Assembly (NCBI GenBank): GCA_020058285.1
Contig: JAGVEL010000039.1
Location: 1-52,808 of the forward strand
Direction: 5' to 3'
DNA: 52,808 nucleotides
Source of the DNA: Candidatus Omnitrophota bacterium
GTDB taxonomy: Bacteria; Omnitrophota; Gorgyraeia; JAHJTE01
The notes under the pieces were generated by a model. It did no database searches, was not told the origin of the DNA, and worked only from the letters and a program-made list of their open reading frames with translations. Shown here in pieces: positions 1-11,250 of this stretch (positions within the stretch are counted from its first letter, which is position 1; every line of letters begins with the position of its first letter). A program made the position numbers and the translations under genes.

Positions 1-2
1 AT

Positions 3-356
3 GAGCTTTACCAGAATATTAAAAATAAATCGTCTGTTTTAAGAATCTATCCGGATTTTACTTTGAGTCAATTTAGTGCGCTTTTAGCCAGATGTAAATT
101 ACTATTAACTAACGACGGTGGGCCGTTACATATGGCAGTAGCCTTAGGGATTAAAACTGTTTCAATATTTGGTCCGGTAAGTGAAATTGTTTACGGTCCA
201 TACCCCGCCTCTAGAAACCATATTGTAATTAAGGCGGATGTTGATTGTCGGCCGTGTTATCAGAATTTTAAGATGACGAATTGCGAGCAAGATAAACAGT
301 GCTTAAAATCCATTACTAGCGAAGAAGTGTTTGAGGTCGTGAGGAGGTTGTTGTGA
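3..356 (+). CDS. Glycosyltransferase family 9 (LPS heptosyltransferase-like), 5'-truncated by the window edge
   Basis: Frame is open from position 3. GT9 motifs TNDGGPLHMAVALG and SIFGP, and C-terminal CRPC...CLKSI. Confidence 0.85.
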   Translation, partial: ELYQNIKNKSSVLRIYPDFTLSQFSALLARCKLLLTNDGGPLHMAVALGIKTVSIFGPVSEIVYGPYPASRNHIVIKADVDCRPCYQNFKMTNCEQDKQCLKSITSEEVFEVVRRLL

Positions 357-1477
357 AAGTCCCATTTGCAGATTTGAATATCCAGCACCAGCAAATAACA
401 AAAGAAATCAATCAGGCAACGAATAATGTAATTCAAAAAGGCGATTTCATTTTAGGTGAGGATGTAGATTTATTTGAAAAAGAGTTTGCACAATTTTGCA
501 ATAGTCGTTACGCGCTCGGAGTCAGCTCTGGGACGGCGGCATTATTTTTGGCAGTTCTTAGCCTGGGAATAGGTGAAGGTGACGAAGTAATTGTCCCCGC
601 CTTTACCTATATTGCAACTGCCCTGGCAGTATCTTACTCTAAAGCAAAACCAGTATTCGTAGATATTGAAGAAGATACTTATAATATTAACGTTAAGCAA
701 CTTGAAAAAGCTATCACTAAATCTACCAGGGCGATTATTCCTGTTCATTTATATGGTCAGCCGGCAAATATGCCGGAAATTTTAAAGTTAGCTAAAAAAT
801 ATAATTTGAAAGTTATTGAAGATGCTGCGCAGGCTCACGGTGCAGAAATTCAAATTCCAGAAAAAAACCAAAATGTTTGGCACCGAGTAGGTTGTTTGGG
901 AGATATTGGATGTTTTAGTTTTTATCCATCTAAAAATTTAGGAGCACTTGGTGACGGGGGGTTGATTTCAACTAGCAACGAGGATGTCTATAAAAAACTG
1001 CTGATGCTTAGAGATTATGGCCGAGTATCCAAATATGAACATGCAATAATCGGTTACAATTCTCGCTTGGATACAATGCAGGCAGCGATATTGAGGATTA
1101 AACTAAAGACATTGGATGCTTATAATCAAATGCGTCAAGAGGCTGCCAAGGTTTATAATAATCTTTTAAATAATTTGGATGGTGTGGTTATCCCTTATAG
1201 TTTGTCTTCGGTTAGGCACGTTTACCATGTGTATGCTGTTCAGGTTGTTAACAGAGATAAAGTGCTCCAGCGCCTTAGAGAAAACGACATCGGGGCGATT
1301 ATACATTATCCGACCCCGCTACATTTACAGAAAGCATATGAAAATTTAAATTATAAGAATGGAGATTTTCCTGTTGCTGAAAAAGTAGCGAAGCGCATTC
1401 TATCTTTGCCCATGTTTCCTTTTATAAGCAAGGAGCAAATAGAATATGTCGTATCAGTAATTAAAAAAGCTATTTAA
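353..1477 (+). CDS. DegT/DnrJ/EryC1/StrS PLP-dependent sugar aminotransferase
   Basis: SSGTAAL, IEDAAQAHGA, FSFYPSKNLGALGDGG (PLP lysine), GYNSRLD. Confidence 0.93.
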   Translation: MKVPFADLNIQHQQITKEINQATNNVIQKGDFILGEDVDLFEKEFAQFCNSRYALGVSSGTAALFLAVLSLGIGEGDEVIVPAFTYIATALAVSYSKAKPVFVDIEEDTYNINVKQLEKAITKSTRAIIPVHLYGQPANMPEILKLAKKYNLKVIEDAAQAHGAEIQIPEKNQNVWHRVGCLGDIGCFSFYPSKNLGALGDGGLISTSNEDVYKKLLMLRDYGRVSKYEHAIIGYNSRLDTMQAAILRIKLKTLDAYNQMRQEAAKVYNNLLNNLDGVVIPYSLSSVRHVYHVYAVQVVNRDKVLQRLRENDIGAIIHYPTPLHLQKAYENLNYKNGDFPVAEKVAKRILSLPMFPFISKEQIEYVVSVIKKAI

Positions 1478-1494
1478 AATCTAAGATTTTTAAA

Positions 1495-2265
1495 ATGCAG
1501 ACACTAAAATTATCCGTAGTCGTCTTGACCAAGAACGAACAAGACAATATCAGCCAGTGCCTTTCTTCTGTTGCTGGCTGGGCTGATGAAATAATTGTTG
1601 TTGATGACGAAAGTTGCGATAAAACAGTTGAGATTGCTAAACAATTTACCAGTAAAGTCTTTTTAAAAAAAATGGATGTAGAGGGAACTCATCGGAATTG
1701 GTCTTACAAGTTAGCTGTTAATGATTGGGTACTAAGCCTGGATGCGGATGAGACGGTTAGTGATCAGCTAAAAAAAGAGATTATAGATAGGTTAAGCACA
1801 AATACAGAATTTGTTGCTTTCTCAATTCCCTTAAGAAATTATATTGGGAATTACTGGGTCAGATATAGTGGCTGGTATCCAGCTGCAAAGGTCCGGCTGT
1901 TTAAGAAGGAAAATTTCTCTTACGAAGAAGTAAAAGTGCACCCGCGTGTATTTATTAAAGGCAAATGCGGGCATTTAACCAAGGATATTATTCATAAAGG
2001 TTATCCGGACATTGCTCATTTTTTATCCAGCCTTAACCGCCAAACAACATTAGAAGCAGAAAAATGGTTTAATCAAAATAAGCCTATGAGACTAGGTAGA
2101 TTTATTTGGCGCAGCCTAGACAGATTTTTCCGTTCATATATAGGTAAGAAAGGGTATAAAGACGGATTTTTTGGGTTTGTCGTAGCCTTTTTTGCCTCGC
2201 TTTACCAGATTTTAAGCTATTTAAAATACAGAGAGATTATACATAAGAGAGGGCCAGAAAGATGA
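1495..2265 (+). CDS. Glycosyltransferase family 2 (KdtX/WaaE-like)
   Basis: LSVVVLTKNE, VVDDESCDKT, WVLSLDADE, KKGYKDGFFG. Confidence 0.88.
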   Translation: MQTLKLSVVVLTKNEQDNISQCLSSVAGWADEIIVVDDESCDKTVEIAKQFTSKVFLKKMDVEGTHRNWSYKLAVNDWVLSLDADETVSDQLKKEIIDRLSTNTEFVAFSIPLRNYIGNYWVRYSGWYPAAKVRLFKKENFSYEEVKVHPRVFIKGKCGHLTKDIIHKGYPDIAHFLSSLNRQTTLEAEKWFNQNKPMRLGRFIWRSLDRFFRSYIGKKGYKDGFFGFVVAFFASLYQILSYLKYREIIHKRGPER

Positions 2266-3299
2266 AAATGTTGATTACTGGCGGTGCAGGTTTAGTCGGT
2301 TCGCATGCAGCAGAGTATTTTGCCAACAAAGGCAATAAAGTAATTGTCCTGGATAATCTTATGCGCTCCAAGATTTTCGGGTATGATAAGGATTCTGTTG
2401 AATATAATTGGAAATATTTAGGTAAACTAAAGAACATTGAGTGCATTAAAGGCGATGTGCGCAATGAGTCTGATGTAAAAAAAGCTTTAGGCGGGGGGGT
2501 TGATGTTGTAATCCATACAGCCGGCCAGCCCGGGGTATTAGCTTCTGTTAATAATCCAACTGAAGATTTTAGTATAAATGCCTTTGGTACTTTTAACGTC
2601 CTAGAGTGTGTGCGCAAAATATGTAAAAGTGCGGTATTTATTTACTGTTCAACTAATAAAGTCTACGGAGAGAATGTTGATAAATTAGCTTTAGATGAAA
2701 TAGGCACGCGCTATTGTTTTAAGGATGTGAAAGGCGTCAATGAGCAGATGCTTACTGATTTGACTGCGCATACTCCTTATGGTGTATCAAAGCTTGCCGG
2801 TGATATATATACTCAAGAATATGCTCAAATCTACGGCATGCGCACAGCGGTTTTTCGCATGAGTTGTATTTACGGAACAAGGCAGTTTGGTTTTGAGGAC
2901 CAGGGTTGGCTTGCCTGGTTTGTCATTGCTTCTATCTTTGATAAGCCAATAACCATTTACGGCAACGGTAAGCAGGTGCGCGACGTGTTATATGTGGATG
3001 ATTTAATCTGCGCTTATGAAGCATTTATAAACAGTAAGCTAAACAGCGGCCTTTATAACATAGGCGGAGGCCCGGATAAGACTATTTCTCTTTTAGAATT
3101 TGTTGAGCAGTTAAGATTAATTATAGGTAGTCACCCGAAAATTAATTATGGCGAATGGCGGCCGAGCGATCAAAAAGTTTATATATCTGATATTACAAAA
3201 ATTAAAAAGGAATTAAGTTGGCAGCCCAAGGTCGGCGTAAAGGAAGGTATAACTAGATTAGTAGACTGGGTAAGGGCCAATAGGCAATTCTTTTCCTAA
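2262..3299 (+). CDS. NAD-dependent nucleotide-sugar epimerase (CDP-paratose 2-epimerase-like SDR)
   Basis: ITGGAGLVGS Rossmann motif, STNKVYG, YGVSK (YxxxK), FRMSCIYG, GFEDQGW. Confidence 0.85.
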   Translation: MKMLITGGAGLVGSHAAEYFANKGNKVIVLDNLMRSKIFGYDKDSVEYNWKYLGKLKNIECIKGDVRNESDVKKALGGGVDVVIHTAGQPGVLASVNNPTEDFSINAFGTFNVLECVRKICKSAVFIYCSTNKVYGENVDKLALDEIGTRYCFKDVKGVNEQMLTDLTAHTPYGVSKLAGDIYTQEYAQIYGMRTAVFRMSCIYGTRQFGFEDQGWLAWFVIASIFDKPITIYGNGKQVRDVLYVDDLICAYEAFINSKLNSGLYNIGGGPDKTISLLEFVEQLRLIIGSHPKINYGEWRPSDQKVYISDITKIKKELSWQPKVGVKEGITRLVDWVRANRQFFS

Positions 3300-3310
3300 A
3301 GAGTCAACTC

Positions 3311-3880
3311 ATGGTTAAGCCATCCAAAAAAAAAGTAATATTCCTGGATCGAGATGGAGTAATAAATAAATTTCCCGGCAGGTATAAATATGTTACAAGC
3401 CTAAAAGCGTTTAAGTTAATACCCAGCTCGTTAGTTGCTATAAAGAAGTTAACCGAAGCCGGGTTTGTTATTTTTATTATTTCAAACCAAGCAGGAGTTG
3501 CGAAGAAATTATATTCAAAGGCTACCCTTGATAACATAACGCGTAAGATGCTTATTAATATTAATAAAACCGGGGGAAGGATAAAAAAAGTTTTATACTG
3601 CACACATCTAAAAGAGGAGAATTGCTCGTGCCGTAAACCAAAAACAGGGCTTATTGAAAAAGCTTTTAATAGTTTTCAGGCTCGGATTGACCGTAGAAAT
3701 TCTTATTTAATCGGTGATGATGTTGACCATGATATAAAGTTGGGCAAAATTGTAAAACTTAGAACCGTTTTGGTCCTAAGTGGCCGAGAAAAGTTAAACG
3801 AACGAGAAAGTTGGAACCAACAGCCTGATTATATATTTAAAAATTTACTTCAAGCAGCGGATTTTATAATCAGCTCTTAA
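3311..3880 (+). CDS. gmhB: D-glycero-D-manno-heptose 1,7-bisphosphate phosphatase (HAD family)
   Basis: FLDRDGVIN, SNQAG, CTH...CSCRKP zinc site, IGDD. Confidence 0.85.
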   Translation: MVKPSKKKVIFLDRDGVINKFPGRYKYVTSLKAFKLIPSSLVAIKKLTEAGFVIFIISNQAGVAKKLYSKATLDNITRKMLININKTGGRIKKVLYCTHLKEENCSCRKPKTGLIEKAFNSFQARIDRRNSYLIGDDVDHDIKLGKIVKLRTVLVLSGREKLNERESWNQQPDYIFKNLLQAADFIISS

Positions 3881-3881
3881 C

Positions 3882-4982
3882 ATGAAAGTTTTAATTGTTT
3901 ACGCTTCTGCTGGAGCAGGCCATCGCCGGGCAGCAGAGGCAATATATGAAAATTTGGATGATTCCTTAAGACAACATACCCGCCTCGTAGATATCCTAGA
4001 TTTTACGCCTCCTCTTTTTAAATTTATCTACGCCCGAGGTTACCGATTTTTATTTTCTCACCTTGCTTTTATCTGGTCTTTTTTTTATTGGCTTACCTCA
4101 TTAAAATTCCTTTTTCCTCTGTTTAACTCCTTGGAGGGGTTGATAAATTTATGCTGTGCTCATCGCTTTTCCAGGTTTATTGCAAATGAGAGTCCTGCAG
4201 TAATTCTGTCTACACATTTTATGCCTAATGAAATTTTGTCCCGCCTAAAAAGAAACGGGCTAATTTCTTCATATATAATTTCAGTGATTACTGACTATGC
4301 AATTCACCCCTTTTGGATATCAACGGGAGTGGATAGGTATATTGTTGCGCTTGATTTTCTAAAACCGGTTTTAGTTAAAAAAGGCGTAAATGAAAACAAG
4401 ATTGATGCATTTGGCATTCCTGTAGCCAAATATTTTTATGATTTAAAGCCGCGCGAGCAGGCAGCTAAGGAAATCGGCGTAAACGCGAATAAATTTAGCG
4501 TTCTGTTAGTTACTGGAGAAATAGGGTTTAATATCTTGGGCCAGATTACCGAAGACTTGAAACGAGATGTCCAAACATTTGTTATCTGCGGCAGAAATAA
4601 AAGAATGTTTGAAAAACTTAAGCGCCTTAATAGCGAGAATATTTTTGCCTTTTCCTTGGTGCAAAACATGTATGATTTTTTGGCCTGTAGCGATATTATT
4701 ATTACCAAGGCTGGCGGTTTGACTATTTCAGAATCTTTAGTTGCAAATGTGCCGATGTGTTTTATCTGTAAGATAAGCGGCCAGGAAGAAGAAAATATAA
4801 AGGTATTCACTAAACTCGGCTGTGCAATATACGATAAACAAGTCCAAAAAATTGTTGACTGGGTATTAGAAACTAAGAATAATCCGGATAAAATTTTATT
4901 AATTAAAAAGAATATCGAGATGATAGCAAAGCCCAATGCAGCCAAGGATATAATCGCACTTATTAAAACTTATGTCAGATAA
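3882..4982 (+). CDS. MGDG synthase/UgtP-like diacylglycerol glycosyltransferase (GT28)
   Basis: ASAGAGHRRAAEA, STHF, VITDY, FGIPV, TKAGGLTISE, GQEEEN. Confidence 0.85.
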   Translation: MKVLIVYASAGAGHRRAAEAIYENLDDSLRQHTRLVDILDFTPPLFKFIYARGYRFLFSHLAFIWSFFYWLTSLKFLFPLFNSLEGLINLCCAHRFSRFIANESPAVILSTHFMPNEILSRLKRNGLISSYIISVITDYAIHPFWISTGVDRYIVALDFLKPVLVKKGVNENKIDAFGIPVAKYFYDLKPREQAAKEIGVNANKFSVLLVTGEIGFNILGQITEDLKRDVQTFVICGRNKRMFEKLKRLNSENIFAFSLVQNMYDFLACSDIIITKAGGLTISESLVANVPMCFICKISGQEEENIKVFTKLGCAIYDKQVQKIVDWVLETKNNPDKILLIKKNIEMIAKPNAAKDIIALIKTYVR

Positions 4983-6867
4983 AATAGCTCAGATTGCCTT
5001 AGGGTTACCAATACCCAACTTTTTTGATTATTCTGTTCCAGGGATAATGCGCGCAAACATCGATATAGGCTGTCGTGTAAGGATAAGTTTTAATAGGCGC
5101 AGTATGGTTGGCTATGTTGTTAATTTTTCAGCAAAATCAAAATTTTCTCCCAAAGGCACCAATAAACTTAAACCCATACTTAAGCTTATTGATTCAAAGC
5201 CAATAATTTCTAAGGATACAATTGTTTTTCTTTCTAGTTTAGCAAATTATTATTGTGCTTCGCTTGGCGAGATGATTGAGGCAGCTTTGCCTGCGTTGTT
5301 ACGCGAAGGAAACCTTCCTTGCGCTTTAGAGCAAAGGGATGGTAGTTCTAAAGTAGAGCATCAGAGCGACGATGAGATATTTTTGCCCTATGTTTTTCGC
5401 GTTACAGATGAGTCAAAAAAGATTGAATTTTTTAAACAAAAAATCCGCCAAACACTGGAGAAAAAAAGACAGGTTATTTTACTTGTACCCGACACTAGTC
5501 TTGTAGAGTTTTGGCATGAGCGCCTGAAAGAAGAATTTAAAGATTCTCTAATTGTAACTATGCACAGCCGGCTTACTAAAAACCAAGCTTGCTTTAGTTG
5601 GTGCACTATAAAGTTTAAACATCCGGACATTGTTATTGGTTCAAGGTCAGCTATTTTTTCACCAATAGATAATATTGGCTTAATTATCCTGGACAGCGAA
5701 GATAATTTTGTTTATAAGCAGGAAACCCGCCCCTTTTACAATGCCCGCGATGTGGCAATAATGCTTGCCAAGTTGAAAAAATCCACTCTAATTCTATCCA
5801 GCGTTTCGCCAAGCCTTGAGGTTTTTTCTGAAACATTAAAAAACAATTTTAAAATTGTTTCTGAAGATTTACAATCAGTTGATTCACCAATAGTTAAAAT
5901 TATTGATTTAAAACGCCAGCTTAAGTTTAAAAAGGCTAATATTATTTCCCTGGCGCTTTTAGAGCGCCTGCGCCTGCATTTAGAACAAAAGAAAAAAGTC
6001 CTATTATTTTTGAACCGTAAAGGCTTTGCCACTTATGCGCGTTGCCGTCATTGCGCGTATCAGTTAAAGTGCGAACGTTGCAGTTCCAACCTAATTTATT
6101 ATTATCAGCAAAAAATTTTCAGCTGCCCGCATTGCAATTTTAAGCTTACTAATATTGACAAATGCCCGAAATGCGCCCTTGACCTGATTAATTTTGGGGG
6201 CGTTGGCGTTGAACGCTTGGAGAGCGAGGCACATAGGTTATTTCCTGGTTCAAAGATTACCCGGCTTGATTCACTCAATAATCCAAATGATATTGCTTCT
6301 TCAGATATCATTATCAGTACGCAATTAGGTTTAAAAGGCTTGATCAATCAGAGAATAGACTTATGCGCTATTGTTTCAATAGATAGCATCCTTAATTTAG
6401 CCCAGCTGCGGTCTTGCGAAGAGTCATTTCGCATTCTTATGTCCCTGCACAGGTTAGTCAAAGAGGAGCTGATTATCCAAACATACCATCCTGAGCACAG
6501 GGTATTCCAAAATATAATAAATGCAGATTATGTTTCTTTTGCAAAACAAGAGCTCAAAGACAGGCGTATTTTAAAATTACCTCCCTATAAACACTTAATC
6601 TCGATAAATTTAAGAAGCCCTATTCAGGAGAAATTGGCGACTTGTGCCCAGGCGCTATTTTTAATTTTGGCCAAAGAAGTTAAAAAAATAGGAGATGAAA
6701 TTTTTCAGCCGGTTCAGGATGTACCCTATAAATTGCGCTCAAAATTTCGCTTGTTTATTTTGATAAAGACAGTTAAAGTAGAAGAGACAAATAAGTTAAT
6801 AATCAAGACTTTATCTAAATTGAGATCTAAACAGTCTGTAATCCTAAGTGTAAACGTTGACCCGTAA
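4972..6867 (+). CDS. priA: Primosomal protein N' (PriA) with degenerate helicase motifs
   Basis: N-terminal 3'-DNA-binding domain (FFDYSVP..GCRVRISF), GSRSAIFSP, YKQETRPFYNARD, LNRKGF, four CxxC zinc ligands, LPPY; adjacent to fmt. Confidence 0.88.
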   Translation: MSDKIAQIALGLPIPNFFDYSVPGIMRANIDIGCRVRISFNRRSMVGYVVNFSAKSKFSPKGTNKLKPILKLIDSKPIISKDTIVFLSSLANYYCASLGEMIEAALPALLREGNLPCALEQRDGSSKVEHQSDDEIFLPYVFRVTDESKKIEFFKQKIRQTLEKKRQVILLVPDTSLVEFWHERLKEEFKDSLIVTMHSRLTKNQACFSWCTIKFKHPDIVIGSRSAIFSPIDNIGLIILDSEDNFVYKQETRPFYNARDVAIMLAKLKKSTLILSSVSPSLEVFSETLKNNFKIVSEDLQSVDSPIVKIIDLKRQLKFKKANIISLALLERLRLHLEQKKKVLLFLNRKGFATYARCRHCAYQLKCERCSSNLIYYYQQKIFSCPHCNFKLTNIDKCPKCALDLINFGGVGVERLESEAHRLFPGSKITRLDSLNNPNDIASSDIIISTQLGLKGLINQRIDLCAIVSIDSILNLAQLRSCEESFRILMSLHRLVKEELIIQTYHPEHRVFQNIINADYVSFAKQELKDRRILKLPPYKHLISINLRSPIQEKLATCAQALFLILAKEVKKIGDEIFQPVQDVPYKLRSKFRLFILIKTVKVEETNKLIIKTLSKLRSKQSVILSVNVDP

Positions 6868-7814
6868 TGGATAGAGATTTGCGAATTATATTTTTTGGAA
6901 GCCCAGGTTTTGCTGCAAGAGTCTTAAGAACTCTGATCGAAGCAAAATACCCCATACTTTGCGTTGTTACTCAAGCAGATAGACCATCCGGTCGGCACTT
7001 AAAGCTTCACGAAACTGAAGTTAAGACGTTAGCTAAACAGAATGCTTTGGAAGTGCTCTGTCCCCAAAATTTATCTAACGATAATTTTTTAGATAAGATT
7101 TCGAAATTAAGTCCAGATTTATTTGTTGTTGTTTCTTACGGCTTGATGCTGCCAAAGACTATTCTCAAAATCCCGAAACTTTTTGCCTTAAATATTCATG
7201 CTTCACTTTTACCTGAATATCGCGGCGCAGCGCCAATTCATTGGCAGATCATAAACGGAGAAACTACATCCGGAATAAGTTTAATCCGGATGAATGAATC
7301 AATGGATCAAGGCGATATTATTAGCCAGGCGAGCATACCAATAGAACCGAGCGAAACAGCGTTATCTTTAGAAAATAAGCTTTCAAAACTTGCTTGCAGT
7401 CAAATCCTAAAGACGCTTAAAATTATTGAATCCGAAAAGGTTAGTTTTACTAAGCAAGAAAATTCTAAAGCAAGTTTTGCCCCTAAGTTACGAAAAGTAG
7501 ATGGCCTGATTGATTGGAGTTGTGAGGCGAGCGTAATTAATAATCAGATAAGGGGATGTATTTCCTGGCCAGTTGCCTTTACATTTTTCCGGCAAAAAAG
7601 AGTTAAAATCTTTTCTGCTCAGGTTGTAAGTGAATTCCAAGAATTTGATAAGCCGGGAGAGATTATAAGTTTGGTAGATAAATATATTATTGTCGCCACA
7701 GGAAAACTTGGCCTTAAGATTACCGAGCTACAGATGGAAAATTCTAAGCGAGTTTCCAGTGCGGAATTTATTTCCGGCACAAGGATAAAAGTCGGCGAAA
7801 TTTTTGGCAGATAA
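6867..7814 (+). CDS. fmt: Methionyl-tRNA formyltransferase
   Basis: IIFFGSP, VVTQADRPSGR, NIHASLLPEYRGAAPI, MDQGD. Confidence 0.95.
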   Translation: MDRDLRIIFFGSPGFAARVLRTLIEAKYPILCVVTQADRPSGRHLKLHETEVKTLAKQNALEVLCPQNLSNDNFLDKISKLSPDLFVVVSYGLMLPKTILKIPKLFALNIHASLLPEYRGAAPIHWQIINGETTSGISLIRMNESMDQGDIISQASIPIEPSETALSLENKLSKLACSQILKTLKIIESEKVSFTKQENSKASFAPKLRKVDGLIDWSCEASVINNQIRGCISWPVAFTFFRQKRVKIFSAQVVSEFQEFDKPGEIISLVDKYIIVATGKLGLKITELQMENSKRVSSAEFISGTRIKVGEIFGR

Positions 7815-7819
7815 TTAAC

Positions 7820-7848
7820 TTGAAAAACTTTGTTTAATAATATATAAT
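7820..7848 (+). promoter_or_regulatory. sigma70-type promoter upstream of the galT pair
   Basis: TTGAAA (7820-7825), 17-nt spacer, TATAAT (7843-7848). Confidence 0.65.
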
Positions 7849-7931
7849 AATAAGATATAAACCTCACCTAATTTAATTCCTCCCTAACATATAAAGTGAG
7901 AGCAAGTTAGGATAATATTAAGAGTTAATTT

Positions 7932-8960
7932 ATGCCTCAATTAAGAAAAGATCCGATTATCGGAAGATGGGTAATAATTGCAACAGAGCGGGCTAAGCGG
8001 CCTGATGATTTCAAAAAGATTGCCGAACCGCCGCCGCCTGAGGGCAAGGAATGTCCGTTTTGCGAAGGCAAGGAGCATCTTACCCCGCCTGAAATATTCA
8101 GTTTCCGGTCTCCGAAAAGCGCAGCAAATACTCCGGGTTGGCAATTACGAGTTGTTTCGAGCATTGCTCCGGTATTACATATTGAAGGAGATTTGGATAG
8201 GCACGGCCAGGGTGTTTACGATGTAATGAATGGTATAGGTGCACATGAAATTGTGATTGAAAGCCCCAAGCATATTGCTAACATGTCTGACCTTAGTGTT
8301 GAAGATATAAGCCGTACGATTTCTTGTTACATTCAGAGGATTAATGACCTAGGCCAGGACCCGCGATTTAAATATGTATTGATATTCAAAAATTATGGAT
8401 GGGTTGCTGGCGGCGGACACGTCCGACATACCCGTTCGCAGTTAATCGCGACTCCGGTAACGCCGAAGCGGGTTAAGGAAAAGTTAGTCGGAGCACATAA
8501 ATATTTTGAATACCATGAGCGTTGTGTTTTTTGCGATTTAATAAAACAGGAATTGAACGATAAACAAAGAATAATCGCCGAGATTGATGGCTTTATTGCT
8601 ATGACTCCTTTTGCTTCACGCTTTCCTTTTGAAGTTGTAATATACCCTAAAAAACACGCTTGTGATTTTACAACTTTAGAAATGCCCCTGAGAAATGATT
8701 TAGCTAATATTATGAAAATTGTATTAACTAAGTTAAAAGTTTGTTTGAATGACCCGCCATATAACTATTTAGTTCATACCGCGCCATTTCGTCGGCCCAA
8801 ACCAGGGTATTGGCGGACAATTGATCAGGATTTTCATTGGCATATTGAAATAACTCCGCGTTTAACCAGAGTAGCCGGTTTTGAGTGGGGAACAGGATTT
8901 TATATCTGTCCTGTGCAACCAGAAGAGGCAGCAAAATTTTTGAGAGAAACTAACGTTTAG
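7932..8960 (+). CDS. galT: GalT-family nucleotidyltransferase paralogue 1, catalytic HxHxQ altered to HTRSQ
   Basis: LRKDP..RWVIIATERAKRP, CPFC, GAHEIVIES, FKNYG, CVFCD, HWHIEI, AGFEWGTG. Confidence 0.82.
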   Translation: MPQLRKDPIIGRWVIIATERAKRPDDFKKIAEPPPPEGKECPFCEGKEHLTPPEIFSFRSPKSAANTPGWQLRVVSSIAPVLHIEGDLDRHGQGVYDVMNGIGAHEIVIESPKHIANMSDLSVEDISRTISCYIQRINDLGQDPRFKYVLIFKNYGWVAGGGHVRHTRSQLIATPVTPKRVKEKLVGAHKYFEYHERCVFCDLIKQELNDKQRIIAEIDGFIAMTPFASRFPFEVVIYPKKHACDFTTLEMPLRNDLANIMKIVLTKLKVCLNDPPYNYLVHTAPFRRPKPGYWRTIDQDFHWHIEITPRLTRVAGFEWGTGFYICPVQPEEAAKFLRETNV

Positions 8961-8986
8961 TTTAGCCGAATAAGAAAAGGTTAGAT

Positions 8987-9985
8987 ATGGGACAATTGCG
9001 TAGAGATCCGATAGTTGGCCGCTGGGTAATTGTAAATGTTGAAAAACCAAAATTGCCAGAACAATTTGAGGTTACTAAGCATGAGTTTACTCAAAAGGCA
9101 AATTGCGCATTTTGCTATGGCCATGAAAACATGACTCCTCCGGAGATAGATGCGGTTAGGCCGCCAGATACCTTACCCAATACTCCGGGATGGGCTGTTC
9201 GCGTTGTTCCGAATAAATTTCCGGCATTGAGGATTGAAGGTGAGCTTAATCCCGAAGGGATTGGTATCTATGACATGCTAAACGGCATAGGTGCTCATGA
9301 GGTTCTCATTGAAAGCCCGGAGCATGAAAAAAACTTAGCTGATCTAGAGGTAGGCCAGATTAGGGATTTTATTGATATGGCTTGCCGCAGGGCGATTTCA
9401 TTAACCGGAGATAAACGTTTTAAATATATCTTGCTTTTTAAGAACTACGGAGTGGATGCAGGCGCATCCTTAGAGCACGGCCATGGACAGATGATTGCCT
9501 TGCCGATGATCCCTAAAAATGCCTACGAGGAATTAGAAGGAGCGTACCGTTATTTTGAATACCATGAGCGCTGCATTTTTTGTGATATCATTCGGCAAGA
9601 AAAACAAGAGAAACTGCGTATTGTTTGTGAAAATGAATTATTTGTGGCATTTTGCCCTTTTGCTTCGCGTTTTCCGTTTCAAGTTTGGCTTATCTCAAAG
9701 CAGCATTCTCCATATTTTTGCCATATGAGCGCTCAGGAGAAAAATAAGCTTTCTGAGATTTTAAAATGTTCTTTGCTAAAAATAAAAAAAGTTTTACGTG
9801 ATCCGAGTTATAATTTTATTCTTCATACTTCGCCTTTGGATATTAAACAGGCTGAAGGTTTTCATTGGTATGTAGAGATAATGCCCAAGCTTACGCGCGT
9901 AGCTGGTTTTGAATGGGGAAGTGGATTCTATATTGTCCCGACTCCACCAGAGGTGGCGGCTAAATTTTTAAGAGAAGCTGAAATT

Positions 9986-9988
<3 letters not shown>
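8987..9988 (+). CDS. galT: Galactose-1-phosphate uridylyltransferase (GalT family) paralogue 2
   Basis: RVVPNKFPAL, GAHEVLIES, AGASLEHGHGQ (intact HxHxQ), AGFEWGSG. Confidence 0.88.
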
Positions 9989-11244
<1,256 letters not shown>

Positions 11245-11250
11245 TATAAA

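Noticed and set aside
7863-7911. Possible pseudoknot in the galT leader (CTCAC/GTGAG and CCTAAC/GTTAGG)
   Set aside because: Stems are only 5-6 bp in AT-rich DNA and there is no comparative support.
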